From: a bacterium
Lineage (GTDB): Bacteria > UBA8248
Direction: 5' to 3'
Assembly (NCBI GenBank): GCA_965207065.1
Contig: OZ242260.1
Coordinates: 3,360,001 to 3,424,000, forward strand
DNA length: 64,000 nucleotides
Each line of letters begins with the position of its first letter. Within the stretch, counting starts at the first letter, position 1. The notes beneath the pieces were generated by a model that worked only from the letters and a program-made list of their open reading frames with translations, did not search any database and was not told the DNA's origin. Of this stretch, positions 1-9,749 are shown one piece after another. The position numbers were made by a program, and so were the translations under genes.

Positions 1-1551
1 GTCCGGGACGCTGATTTCCGGCAAGGGGCCATCGGGGCTATCAATATGGCCGTGTGATAATCCATGCGCCAATTCCAGGGCATGATGGGTTTTTTCGATT
101 ATCGCATCCGGGCTGTCCGCTTGCGATACGCCATTAGCCGCTGAAGAGGAATCGACGCCCCTTCGTTTTTTTTCTCGCCAGCGCGTGCGGAAACTTTTTT
201 TTGCGATTCTTGGAAGTTCGCGTCCCTGCGCCCACGCTCCCAGAGGTCCCGGTAGCCTTGCGGCAACTTTGGCGTTCAGGAATCTTGAGAAAACCGAACC
301 CAACTTGAAACCCGTCTCCCAGACAAAGGGTTTGCGCATCACCATACCGAGCATGCGAAATGAAAATCTCTCCATTAGCGCGTTGTTTTTTTTGACCGTT
401 CTCGCTTCTCTCATTTCCAGCAACATGCGAGGGATGTCTACAAATACGGGGCAGGCATCCATGCAGGCGCCGCATAGACTCGATGCAGCGGGAAGTTCTC
501 CGGAAACGTCTAGACCGCGGAGCATCGGACTTAAGATCGACCCGATTGGTCCCCCGTATACGGAGTCGTATGTATGGCCTCCGACTGTTTGGAAAACCGG
601 GCAGGCATTTTGGCAGGCCCCGCATCGGATACAATGAAATGCTTCCTGAAAAGGAGTTCCTAGATGCCTGGAGCGTCCTCCGTCCAGGAGCAAGAGATGA
701 ACCTCATCGGGACCGTCAGCCTCGTTTTCTCTTCTTGGTCCGGTGAGCATGGTGAAATAACTGGTAAGTTTTTGACCCGTTGCGCTACGCGGGAGCACTG
801 ACAGGAGTGTAAGCGTATCTCGTAACGTGGGCACTACTTTTTCGAACCCCATAATCGCCACGTGGACTTTGGGTAAAGTGGTGACGAGTCGTCCGTTCCC
901 CTCGTTCGTAACGAGACAAAGGGTTCCGGATTCCGCTACGGCGAAATTCACGCCACTGATTCCCATGCCCGCCCGCAGAAATTCCGTTCTGAGTTTCTCA
1001 CGAGCGATTGACGTGAGTTCCTGGGGGTCAGAGCCGGCATTGGGGTCTACTTTTGCGCGGAAAAGGTCTTGCACCTGCTTCAACGTCTTATGTATGGCCG
1101 GCGCCACGAGGTGGCTCGGTGTCTCGTTGGCCAACTGGAGTATCCATTCGCCCAGGTCTGTTTCGTATGGGGTGATTCCCGCCGCCTCCAGCGCCTGATT
1201 CAGATGGATCTCCTCAGAAGCCATGGATTTGCTCTTGACGACCGTTTCGACATTGTGCTTGCGGGCGATTTCTAGGACGATTCGCTTTGCGGAATCCGCA
1301 TCGGGCGCAGAGTGAACATGCACGCCGAGATTCTGGAGGTTTGTGAATAAGGTTTCCAGATGCTTGTCGATCTCATCGAACGTTTTCCTGCGGATTTCCC
1401 TTGCTTTTGCCCTTAAGGCGAGCGGTGCCGCAGTCGATTCGAAGGCATGCGCGCGCTGGTTGGCGAATTTGCCTGTAGCCGCTTGAAGAGCATCCTGCAA
1501 AGGGATATTGACTAATGCGGAATTTGCGCGCTGATTGAAAGGTGAGCTCAA
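1..1551 (-). CDS. lutB: LutB/LldF-family L-lactate utilization Fe-S protein, 3'-partial (runs off window); possible LutC fusion
   Basis: Absent from the ORF track because it has no stop in the window. Manual translation from TTG at 1551: MSSPFNQRAN...VVKSKSMASEEIHLN...ETDLGEWILQL...PSHLVAPAIH...TNEGNGRL...LPRSATGQKLTSY...CIRCGACQNACPVF...SLCGACMDACPV. Starts 2 nt after the lutA stop. Confidence 0.92.
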   Translation of the reverse strand, partial: MSSPFNQRANSALVNIPLQDALQAATGKFANQRAHAFESTAAPLALRAKAREIRRKTFDEIDKHLETLFTNLQNLGVHVHSAPDADSAKRIVLEIARKHNVETVVKSKSMASEEIHLNQALEAAGITPYETDLGEWILQLANETPSHLVAPAIHKTLKQVQDLFRAKVDPNAGSDPQELTSIAREKLRTEFLRAGMGISGVNFAVAESGTLCLVTNEGNGRLVTTLPKVHVAIMGFEKVVPTLRDTLTLLSVLPRSATGQKLTSYFTMLTGPRRENEADGPDEVHLLLLDGGRSRHLGTPFQEAFHCIRCGACQNACPVFQTVGGHTYDSVYGGPIGSILSPMLRGLDVSGELPAASSLCGACMDACPVFVDIPRMLLEMREARTVKKNNALMERFSFRMLGMVMRKPFVWETGFKLGSVFSRFLNAKVAARLPGPLGAWAQGRELPRIAKKSFRTRWREKKRRGVDSSSAANGVSQADSPDAIIEKTHHALELAHGLSHGHIDSPDGPLPEISVPD

Positions 1552-1553
1552 AG

Positions 1554-2324
1554 TTAATACCCCTCGGGCCAGCCCGGATTGTGTGGTCCAGCCAGGGCTT
1601 GTGCAATGTGGAGGAGTTTGATTTTCGATTTTCGCCTTGATAATCCACCCGCGATATTCAACATGCAGCCGGCGTCTGCTGCTACGAGCCAAGTCGCGTC
1701 TACTTCCTCGGCGGATTTGATCTTATCTTCAAGCATTGCGCACGAAACTTCTGGGAATTTTACGCAAAACGATCCACCGAACCCACAACAGCGATCACTG
1801 TTGGGCAACTCTTCGCGGTTTTCCGCTACGTGGTCGAGGCACTGGCGGGGCGTTTGGTTTTCTCCCAACCCACGGAGCAGGTGACAAGAGTCATGATAGA
1901 CGGTTTTACCGGGAAGTGTGGAACCGAATTCCCTCATCTCAATTTGGCACAGGAATTGGGACAACTCGATCACCCGCCCGGCGATTTGTGCCGCTTTTTC
2001 ACGCGCCCACGGGTCGTCTTGGAACAAGGTGGGCAAAACGCATTTGAGCATCCAGCCGCATGAACCGGAGGGGGCGATAATCGGAATGTCGCCCTCCAGT
2101 AGATGTAATTGGGTGTCGAGAGTTTTTCTTGCCTCTCCCCTGAAACCATTGTTGAAATGAGGAAGTCCGCAACAGGTGAGCCCTTCCGGAAAAATTACCT
2201 CGATATCTGCTTTCTCAAGCAAATGAACTGTGGCCTCACCGACTTCGGGAAAAAACTGGTCCACCAGGCAAGTGGCGAAGAACAAGACGCGCTTGGGTCG
2301 ATTATCAGGAGATTCAATATCCAT
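1554..2324 (-). CDS. lutA: LutA/YkgE-family (Fe-S)-binding protein with two CCG domains
   Basis: FATCLVD, TCCGLPHFNNG, SGSC, YHDSCH, CCGFGGSF, DAGCMLNI motifs; upstream of lutB. Confidence 0.9.
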   Translation of the reverse strand: MDIESPDNRPKRVLFFATCLVDQFFPEVGEATVHLLEKADIEVIFPEGLTCCGLPHFNNGFRGEARKTLDTQLHLLEGDIPIIAPSGSCGWMLKCVLPTLFQDDPWAREKAAQIAGRVIELSQFLCQIEMREFGSTLPGKTVYHDSCHLLRGLGENQTPRQCLDHVAENREELPNSDRCCGFGGSFCVKFPEVSCAMLEDKIKSAEEVDATWLVAADAGCMLNIAGGLSRRKSKIKLLHIAQALAGPHNPGWPEGY

Positions 2325-2540
2325 GTCCGCTTTCCCGCTAAAGAGTACGTACAGCCTAACAAGAGCATATTATGCTGTTTTACAGCTTCAATTCAAATAA
2401 AGATTTAGGAGATTCCCGTTGAATGGACACTTCATAAATGTTAGCTTCCATACGGTGTCCGCAGAAAGCCAAGGGTAGCTTTCGCATCTTTATGGGAATT
2501 ATGGATATCCTTTTCATCGCCAAACCCCGGGGCAGGAAAG

Positions 2541-2882
2541 ATGTTTAGAGAAAAGCGCTACGTTTTGGTATGTACGAACGAGCGTGAGGCGGACCACCCC
2601 AAGGGAAGTTGCACCAACTGCGGTTCCTTGGAAGTCCGCGAGCGGATGAAATTACTTCTGGAAGAGAAAAATCTCAAAAGCCGTGCCCGCATACTGGCAA
2701 CGAGCTGCATGGATGTTTGCGAGAATGGAGCAGTTGTTTGTGTGATGCCTGACAACGTCTGGTACGGCGGCGTCAGGCCCGAGGATGCCGAAGAAATCGT
2801 GGAAAAACATTTGGAAAACGGAGAGCCCGTGCAACGGCTCCTGATACCCGAAGAGATGAGCGGGCTTTCGTTGTTCGGTTGA
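2541..2882 (+). CDS. Thioredoxin-like [2Fe-2S] ferredoxin
   Basis: VCTNER...KGSC...SCMDVC..G.VV...PDNVWY..V..ED..EIVEKHL pattern; AGGA upstream. Confidence 0.88.
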   Translation: MFREKRYVLVCTNEREADHPKGSCTNCGSLEVRERMKLLLEEKNLKSRARILATSCMDVCENGAVVCVMPDNVWYGGVRPEDAEEIVEKHLENGEPVQRLLIPEEMSGLSLFG

Positions 2883-2924
2883 TAATAGAAAGCTGGTATC
2901 GCTTGTAACTCCAGGAGCACTGAA

Positions 2925-4079
2925 ATGGATGTTCAGTTGAACGAGTTTCAGACCGCGCTGCAGAGCAGTGTCCGGCAATTCGTGAACCAGGAAGTCATAC
3001 CCGTCGCCAGCGAGTATGAGCATAAAGACGAATACCCGCATCCACTGGTCAATCGGATGAAGGAACTGGGGTATTTCGGTGCGCTCGTGCCGGAGTGCTA
3101 CGGCGGCAGCGATATGGATGCGATGAGCTTCACCGTTCTGACCGAAGAGTTGGCGCGGGGCTGGATGAGCCTGACGGGCGTGCTCGGCGGCCATTCGATG
3201 GTGGGATGGATGATCAACGAATTCGGCAACGACGAGCAGCGTCAGGAGTGGCTCCCGGAAGTGGCCGAGGGGAAAATGCGCTTCGGCATCGGCATCACCG
3301 AGGCGGATGGCGGCTCCGACGTCGCGGCTTTGAGAACGTCCGCCCGCCGGGAAGGGCAGGATTACATCGTCAACGGCGCCAAAATGTTCATTACCAACAG
3401 CGAGAACGCCACACATTTCGCAATCATGGCCCGCACGAACCCCAAAGCGGAAAAACCCACCCGGGGTATCAGCTGCATCCTCATGGACAGGAATCTGCCC
3501 GGTTTCAGCGCCAGCCGCCATCTGGACAAGATGGGCTATAAGGGCCTTCGGACGGGAGAACTGGTTTTTGATGATTGCCCGGTCCCGGCTTCGTACCTGA
3601 TCGGAGAGGAAAACAGGGGATTTCATCAGCTCATGGCGGCACTGGAATTGGGCCGTATTCAGGTGGCCGCCCGGGCGGTGGGGCTTCATGCCGCCTGTTT
3701 TGAGGATTCCATTAAATACGCCCAGCAGAGAAAGAGCATGGGCAAGCCCATCGCCGAGTATCAGGCCATCCAGATTAAACTCGCGGATATGGCCACATCC
3801 CTCGAAGCGGCCCGCCAGCTCACCTACCGCGCGGCGCGCATGAAAGACCAGGGCGTGCGGTGCGATCTCGAGGCCGGCATGGCGAAGCTCTTCGCCTCCG
3901 ACGCCTGCCAGCGGGCGTCCGAGGCGGCCATTCACATTCACGGGGGGTACGGCTACATCAAGGAGCTGCCGGTCGAGCGCTATTACCGCGACTCCATTCT
4001 CCTGCAGGTGGGGGAGGGCACGAATGACATCCAGCGCATCGTCATTGCGAAGCGCCTGGTGGAGAAATACCCCGCTTGA
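2925..4079 (+). CDS. Acyl-CoA dehydrogenase family protein
   Basis: ITEADGGSDVA, NGAKMFITN, GRIQVAA, IHGGYGY, ERYYRD, GEGTNDIQR; AGGAG RBS. Confidence 0.95.
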   Translation: MDVQLNEFQTALQSSVRQFVNQEVIPVASEYEHKDEYPHPLVNRMKELGYFGALVPECYGGSDMDAMSFTVLTEELARGWMSLTGVLGGHSMVGWMINEFGNDEQRQEWLPEVAEGKMRFGIGITEADGGSDVAALRTSARREGQDYIVNGAKMFITNSENATHFAIMARTNPKAEKPTRGISCILMDRNLPGFSASRHLDKMGYKGLRTGELVFDDCPVPASYLIGEENRGFHQLMAALELGRIQVAARAVGLHAACFEDSIKYAQQRKSMGKPIAEYQAIQIKLADMATSLEAARQLTYRAARMKDQGVRCDLEAGMAKLFASDACQRASEAAIHIHGGYGYIKELPVERYYRDSILLQVGEGTNDIQRIVIAKRLVEKYPA

Positions 4080-4161
4080 ATTTTACATAACCCTTGAACT
4101 TTTTTTACCCCGAATTGCCCTGGAAACGGGCGTCTGAAATCCGTAACCCGTTGAATATGCT

Positions 4162-4422
4162 TTAGTAAAAAGTCCCGAAATTTTCCGGTAATTTATCGAA
4201 AAACCCCGTGAATTTATCGATATTTATCGAATTGTTCAGGCCGGATGCGCGTGGGGAGCGAGCGTCTGCGGCAGGGCGGCGAGCGCGATTCGACAAGCGA
4301 TACGGGTGGCGCCGCCGGGTGAGAGAGCGCCGGCCAGGAAGTGGAGTTTGCGCCTCCCCGAAGAGGGGAAGTTCGCGCCGCCCGATCCGGATCGTCCGTT
4401 CCATTGATTCCTTTCCTGTCAT
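4162..4422 (-). CDS. Possible small hypothetical protein or remnant
   Basis: Only support is GGAGGAG 8 nt before the ATG; Arg-rich product with no recognisable domain. Confidence 0.2.
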   Translation of the reverse strand: MTGKESMERTIRIGRRELPLFGEAQTPLPGRRSLTRRRHPYRLSNRARRPAADARSPRASGLNNSINIDKFTGFFDKLPENFGTFY

Positions 4423-4675
4423 CGCCGTGCTCCTCCATTTTCCGCGCGGGGATTCTCGCGCATCTCACCCGAAACGCATTAGCGGCAATTGCGGGGAAAT
4501 GCGCGCCCTCTCGACCGGGGAGGCGGAGAGCGGGGTCGTCCTCCGGGCGTGCCCGGGTATTCGTTTGCGAGGGGCATTTTCGGCCGGACGCGAAGAATCG
4601 TGATTTTGAAGGATGATCTTCTTCCGTGCTGCATCCTTCCCGCATCGTTTATGGGCGACCGTATGGGGCGCATAT

Positions 4676-4690
4676 GGGGCTGTTGAAAAA
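4676..4690 (+). repeat. Isolated left-type terminal inverted repeat of the GGGGYTGTTGAAAAA family
   Basis: GGGGCTGTTGAAAAA, identical to 9369-9383. Confidence 0.65.
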
Positions 4691-4901
4691 ACCCTGATTC
4701 TGTGATTCGCTGATGGGTCTTTTGCGCTTGGGAGGAGGTCGCGAGATGTTGGGACGCAAGAACTGCGGCCAATCGGCAACACCGGGGCGAGCATCGATGC
4801 CGGGAGAGGCGGGCAGGGCGGCTTCCGAAGAGCTTCAGGCCACTTCCGGCAACTTCATTCCGGTCGGCGGAAGTACTGGTGATCGTCCAACGAGCGGACC
4901 G

Positions 4902-6728
4902 ATGATGGCAGGGCGGCGGATACTGCGCGAAACCTTCGGGTTCAACGAGTTCCGGCCCGGCCAGGAGGCTGTGATCGGGGCGCTTTTGGCGGGGCGCAAC
5001 GCGCTTGTCGTCATGCCGACGGGTTCGGGCAAATCGCTGTGTTTCCAGATACCGGGACTGGTCGTGGACGGACTGACGGTGGTCGTTTCACCGCTGGTGG
5101 CGCTGATGCAGGACCAGATAGCGGCGCTGAGGCTCATGGGCGTCGCGGCGGAGAGCATCAACTCCGGCAACAGCCGGACGGAGAATGTGGCCGCCTGGAA
5201 GCGCGTGGCGGAGGGCCGGACGCGCTTTCTCTACATGGCCCCGGAACGGCTGATGACCGAGCGCATGCTGGCGGCCCTGAAACGGCTGCCGGTGAGGCAA
5301 TTCGCCATAGACGAGGCTCACTGCATCTCGCAATGGGGCCCGGCTTTCCGCCCGGAATACGCCGACCTTTGCCGGTTGCGGGAGCTTTTCCCCGGGATAC
5401 CGCTCGTTGCGCTGACGGCGACCGCCGACGAGGTGACCCGCGACGACATCGTCGAGCGATTGTTCGACGGTCGGGTCGAGCAGTTCGTGCTCGGCTTCGA
5501 CCGGCCCAATATCACGCTCATGGTGGAGATGAAGCGCAACTGGAAGCGGCAACTCCGGAGCTTCGTCGCGCGCCATGAGGGCCGAAGCGGAATCGTCTAC
5601 TGCCTCTCGCGCAAGAAGACGGAGGAGGCCGCCGCCATGCTGGCGGCGGATGGCGTGCGCGCGCTGCCCTATCATGCAGGTATGGAGGCCGGTGAGCGTG
5701 AAGCCCACCAGAACGTCTTCATGACCGATCCCGGCGTCGTGATCGTGGCGACCATCGCTTTCGGCATGGGGATCGACAAGGCGGATGTCCGGTATGTCTT
5801 CCACACGGATCTTCCGGGCAGCATGGAGGCCTACTACCAGGAGATCGGTCGGGCCGGGCGAGACGGCGACCCCGCCGAAGCTCACATGCTCTATGGGCTG
5901 GATGACATTCGGATGCGCCGCCGGTTCATCGAGGAGGAGGACGCGGGTCCGGAGCGCAGGCGCCGGGAGCACAAGCGGCTCGACGCGCTTCTCGGCTATT
6001 GCGAGGTGCCGGCCTGCAGGCGAGTGGCGCTGCTGCATTATTTCGGGGAACGGATCGAGCCTTGCGGTAACTGCGATGTCTGTCTCTCTCCGCCCGAGCT
6101 CATCGACGGGACGGAGGAAGCGTTGATGATACTCTCGGCGGCCAGGCGGTCGGGGGAACGCTTCGGCGCGGCGCATCTGATCGACATCCTGCGTGGGACA
6201 GAGAGCGAAAAGGTCACGCGCTTCGGGCATCATCGTCTGCCGGCTTTTGGAGTGGGGACGAATCGGGGCAAGAACGAGTGGCGCTCCTTGATTCGCCAAA
6301 TGGTCGCTGCGGGGTTTCTGCGGCTTGACATCGGTGGCTTCGGCGGGCTCGGGGTCACCGACAAGGGAGGCGCGCTGCTGCGCGGCGACGGAGCGTTCAT
6401 CTATCGCGAGGACGCGGCGGTTACGCGCAGCCCCGCGAAGACGCGAGGGCGGAGCGACGGGCGGGCGGAGCGGCCCCTGACCGGCAGGGAAACGATGCTG
6501 CTGGATGTTCTCAAGGCGTTGCGGCTGGAACTGGCGAGGGAGCGCGGGGTGCCCGCCTTTGTCGTGTTTCACGACCGCACGTTGATCGACATGGCGCGTC
6601 GCTGGCCGCGCACCGAGGCGGAGTTCGCCGAGGTCAGCGGTGTCGGGGAAGCGAAACTGAAGCAGTTCGCCGGGCCGTTCCTGGCCGCGATCGACGCTGC
6701 TGTGTCCGATACGGACAAGAGTGTTTGA
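4902..6728 (+). CDS. recQ: ATP-dependent DNA helicase RecQ (start uncertain; ORF open from 4713)
   Basis: MPTGSGKSLCFQ, IDEAHCISQWG, ATIAFGMGIDK, YYQEIGRAGRDG, CRR...CGNCDVC Zn site, RQC and C-terminal HRDC (VPAFVVFHDRTL). Confidence 0.96.
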   Translation: MMAGRRILRETFGFNEFRPGQEAVIGALLAGRNALVVMPTGSGKSLCFQIPGLVVDGLTVVVSPLVALMQDQIAALRLMGVAAESINSGNSRTENVAAWKRVAEGRTRFLYMAPERLMTERMLAALKRLPVRQFAIDEAHCISQWGPAFRPEYADLCRLRELFPGIPLVALTATADEVTRDDIVERLFDGRVEQFVLGFDRPNITLMVEMKRNWKRQLRSFVARHEGRSGIVYCLSRKKTEEAAAMLAADGVRALPYHAGMEAGEREAHQNVFMTDPGVVIVATIAFGMGIDKADVRYVFHTDLPGSMEAYYQEIGRAGRDGDPAEAHMLYGLDDIRMRRRFIEEEDAGPERRRREHKRLDALLGYCEVPACRRVALLHYFGERIEPCGNCDVCLSPPELIDGTEEALMILSAARRSGERFGAAHLIDILRGTESEKVTRFGHHRLPAFGVGTNRGKNEWRSLIRQMVAAGFLRLDIGGFGGLGVTDKGGALLRGDGAFIYREDAAVTRSPAKTRGRSDGRAERPLTGRETMLLDVLKALRLELARERGVPAFVVFHDRTLIDMARRWPRTEAEFAEVSGVGEAKLKQFAGPFLAAIDAAVSDTDKSV

Positions 6729-6822
6729 ACTTCCGGGATCGAAATTTTCAAGTGTGCAACAGATATTTCCACACCTGTCATGGAATCAAAAAACACTGCC
6801 CAAAGCTGAATCGAAGCCGATG

Positions 6823-6997
6823 GGGGTTGTTGAAAAAGGCCTCGTTGGGGGTGTGATGGTTTTGTAGGGGCCGCATATTATGCGGCCCGTGTGCCCCTAA
6901 CGGGGAGGGTCGCATAATATGTCGGACATATATGTCCGACATACAACTTCACATCCGTCGAACCGAACCGCAGAGTCGGGACTTTTTCAACAACCCC
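6823..6997. mobile_element. MITE-like element with perfect 15-bp TIRs enclosing a GTAG-type REP doublet
   Basis: GGGGTTGTTGAAAAA (6823-6837) ... TTTTTCAACAACCCC (6983-6997); inside, GTAGGGGCCGCATATTATGCGGCCC (6864-6888) and an inverted palindromic partner at ~6907-6944. Confidence 0.75.
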
Positions 6998-7165
6998 GAG
7001 GAACGAGCGTTTGCATAAGCCATTGACGAGAAACGCATCGGCTCGCAAAACCTCCCTCTTCGGTCGGTTTTGACCCTGACAAGGGGGGGGGGTAGGGGGG
7101 GTTGGTTTTCCAGTTGGGAGGGGCGTTCCCTCTAGCCCCTGAAAAGAGGTCTTTTTCAACACCCC
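6978..7165 (+). repeat. ~130-bp direct repeat, copy 1 (6978-7109), followed by a right-type TIR (7152-7165)
   Basis: Nearly identical to 9620-9749; contains a poly-G tract; TTTTTCAACACCCC at 7152. Confidence 0.85.
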
Positions 7166-7338
7166 TCCTGATGGGACGGTCTGTGTTCGTTGCCAGTCGG
7201 AGCCGATTGGGTTCGCAGGTGCGCCGGAATGGCGGGTTGATTTCTACCCGTAGTGTCAGCACCTCCTCGGGACTATCACACAAACCCCCGCGCCCCTCCT
7301 CACGCGGGACGACCACGGGGGGGCTGCCAGGTTCGTTC

Positions 7339-9195
7339 TCAACCCCCGCCGTTGCTTGCCAGCGCTTCGGCCACGTCGTCGAGCTTGAGCCTCCCGAGCG
7401 TCGCCGCCGTCGGGAACCCGTTCTCATCCCAGCCTCTGATGCCATAAAACTCGTTTTTCATGCCCTCCAGTTCATCGGGCGGGCAGTGCATCCCCTTGTG
7501 GGGGCCGTCGGGAATCGGCTCGTGCATCACCTTGTACGGCAGCATGTCGTCCGCGCGGCTCACCCCTTCGCGCACGTGCAGGGCGCGCTCCAGGTTGCAG
7601 ATGCGCTCGCCGGTTTCTTCCAGCTCATCCGCCGTCGTATCCCACCCCGTCACGAGGTTGAGCATTTCCGCGTATTTCTCGTTTATCATCGCCCCGTAGC
7701 CACGCTCCGCCGTGAAGCGGCACTGGGTGATGGAGTCGCCGAGTGCGGTGAAGTTCTGCGTGCGCACGGCGAACTCGGGCTTGCCGTCGGTCGAGGTGTT
7801 GTCGTGGTCCGAGGCGTATTGCAGGGTGGGGCGGGTGTCGTGGTGGCTCCCGCCCCGCGTGCCCGTGGCGTAGCCGATGGACATGCCCTTGAGCGCGCGC
7901 GCGCTGTGCGCCGGAAGCTCGAGCCCGCGCGAGGCATACAGCAGATTCGGCGCGTCGCCGCCGATTTCCGCGGCCAGGCGCTTGCCGCCCTCCGCCAGCC
8001 TGTCGCCGAAGCCCTTGCGGTGGGTCATGTCCTCGAGGAGCCTGAGCATGGTGGCCGAATCGCCCCAGTTGAGCGGCTCGCCGACTTCCGCCTCGCTCAA
8101 TAGTCCTTTCTCCATGCTCTCGAAAGCGAGCGAGAGCGTGACGCCTGCGGATATCGTATCCAGCCCCAGTTCGTCACACAGCATGTTCGCCTGGAGCATC
8201 ACCCCCGGGTCGCCGATGCCCAGCATGGTCCCCAGCGCGAAGATGGTCTCGTACTCGGGGAGTTTCCAGACCAGGCCGTCGAACTCGCCGCCCTTCATCA
8301 GGTAATTCTTGCCGCACGCCACCGGGCATTTGAGGCAAGTGGTGTGCTTGTCGAGGAAATTGTCGTGCATGTATTCGCCGCTGATGGGTTCGCAGTTCTC
8401 GAAAATCTCGCTCATGAGGTTCCGCGTGCCGAGCGCGCCCATCTTGTTGATCATGTTGACGAGGATCGGCGTGCCGTATTTGTGGAGCGCCGCCGTGCCC
8501 GTCCGCACGTCCTCGGCCGTCTCGTTCACGTAGGTCCTGAGCGCCTTGGCGTCCGCCCAGGCGGTTTTCGCCTTGCCGCGGGCGGCGATGGCCTTGACGT
8601 TCTTGCTGCCCAGGACGGCCGCCATACCCCCACGTCCGCTGATGCCGTCGCGGCTCTTGCGCCAGGTGTGCGCCATGGCCGCGAAGCGCACCTGGTTCTC
8701 GCCGGCGGGGCCGATGGCCAGAACGTCGGTGCCGCCCTCGTCCTCGGTGATGGTGTCGCACGTCTCGCGGATCCATTTCCCCTTCAAATGGCTAGCGTCC
8801 TTGAACGCCACGCCGTCTTCCGTCAGCATCAGGTAGACGAGGGAATCCGCCTTTCCGTGCAGGACGACGGCGTCGACCCCTGTGCGCTTGAGCGTGATGG
8901 GCCAGGCTCCGCCGAACGTGGAGTCGAAGAAAAGCCCGGTGAGCGGGCTGATGGCGGCGGCGCACGCGCGGCTCGCGCTCGGCACGGCGGAATCCGTATA
9001 GGGACCCACGGCGAAGACGATGACGTTTTCAGGCGATAGCGCGTCGGTGCCGGGCTTCAGGTGGTCCCAGAGGATTTTGGCGCAGAAGCCGTTGCCGCCC
9101 AGGTACTTGCGGCCCATCTCCTCACCGAATTCCTCGGTGCGGGAGGTGCGGTTGCTGAGGTCGATGTGCAGTATTTTTCCTTGATATCCGAGCAT
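7339..9195 (-). CDS. Aldehyde:ferredoxin oxidoreductase family protein (W/Mo-bis-pterin)
   Basis: MLGYQGKILHIDLS start, YLGGNG, SPLTG, IGPAGEN, GRGGMAAVLGSKNVKAI, CLKCPVAC, PEYET, DELGLDTIS, C-terminal FY..RGWDENG.PT. Confidence 0.95.
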   Translation of the reverse strand: MLGYQGKILHIDLSNRTSRTEEFGEEMGRKYLGGNGFCAKILWDHLKPGTDALSPENVIVFAVGPYTDSAVPSASRACAAAISPLTGLFFDSTFGGAWPITLKRTGVDAVVLHGKADSLVYLMLTEDGVAFKDASHLKGKWIRETCDTITEDEGGTDVLAIGPAGENQVRFAAMAHTWRKSRDGISGRGGMAAVLGSKNVKAIAARGKAKTAWADAKALRTYVNETAEDVRTGTAALHKYGTPILVNMINKMGALGTRNLMSEIFENCEPISGEYMHDNFLDKHTTCLKCPVACGKNYLMKGGEFDGLVWKLPEYETIFALGTMLGIGDPGVMLQANMLCDELGLDTISAGVTLSLAFESMEKGLLSEAEVGEPLNWGDSATMLRLLEDMTHRKGFGDRLAEGGKRLAAEIGGDAPNLLYASRGLELPAHSARALKGMSIGYATGTRGGSHHDTRPTLQYASDHDNTSTDGKPEFAVRTQNFTALGDSITQCRFTAERGYGAMINEKYAEMLNLVTGWDTTADELEETGERICNLERALHVREGVSRADDMLPYKVMHEPIPDGPHKGMHCPPDELEGMKNEFYGIRGWDENGFPTAATLGRLKLDDVAEALASNGGG

Positions 9196-9434
9196 TTGCG
9201 GTCCCCACGCGAACGAATGAGCGAAATCTGATTCTGTTGGAAGCCCTAGTGTAAACATTTAGGCGTTTTGTGCAAGACCGGACCCGACGGAGGAGGGGTC
9301 GTTGAAAAACCGTTGCTAAACGAGTAACCCCCCAACCCCCCTTGTCAGGGGTCAAACGCGAGTGAGGAGGGGCTGTTGAAAAATCCCTTATGGATCGCGC
9401 CAAAACATTCTCCCCTTGTAGAACCCCCAACAAC

Positions 9435-9597
9435 CACTCCCCCCTTGAGGGGGAGTCGAAGAGGCCGAGCGGTTTATGCGAAGGCCGATTCGGTGGGGGG
9501 TGAATCGCGTTTTATCGCCACTCCGAGTTATACCCCCCACCAGTTCACTTTCGGGCTTACGCCCTCAGTTCACTGACTCCCCCTCAAGGGGGGAGTG
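9435..9597. repeat. 163-bp palindromic element with perfect 23-bp terminal inverted repeats, copy 1
   Basis: CACTCCCCCCTTGAGGGGGAGTC ... GACTCCCCCTCAAGGGGGGAGTG; same-length copy in opposite orientation at 52029-52191. Confidence 0.9.
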
Positions 9598-9619
9598 AAA
9601 TTCAGCGCGCTCCCTCTGT

Positions 9620-9749
9620 GGGACTTTTTCAACAGACCCGAGGAACGAGCGTTTGCATAAGCCATTGACGAAAAACGCATCGGCTCGCAAAACCTCCCTC
9701 TTCGGTTGGTTTTGACCCTGACAAGGGGGGGGTAGGGGGTGTTGGTTTT
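9620..9749 (+). repeat. ~130-bp direct repeat, copy 2
   Basis: Matches 6978-7109 with a few substitutions and a shorter poly-G (G8 versus G10). Confidence 0.88.

Noticed and set aside
134-1648. ORF-track entries overlapping lutB (e.g. 185-637, 827-1198, 134-634, 1373-1648)
   Set aside because: Antisense or off-frame shadows of the lutB frame.
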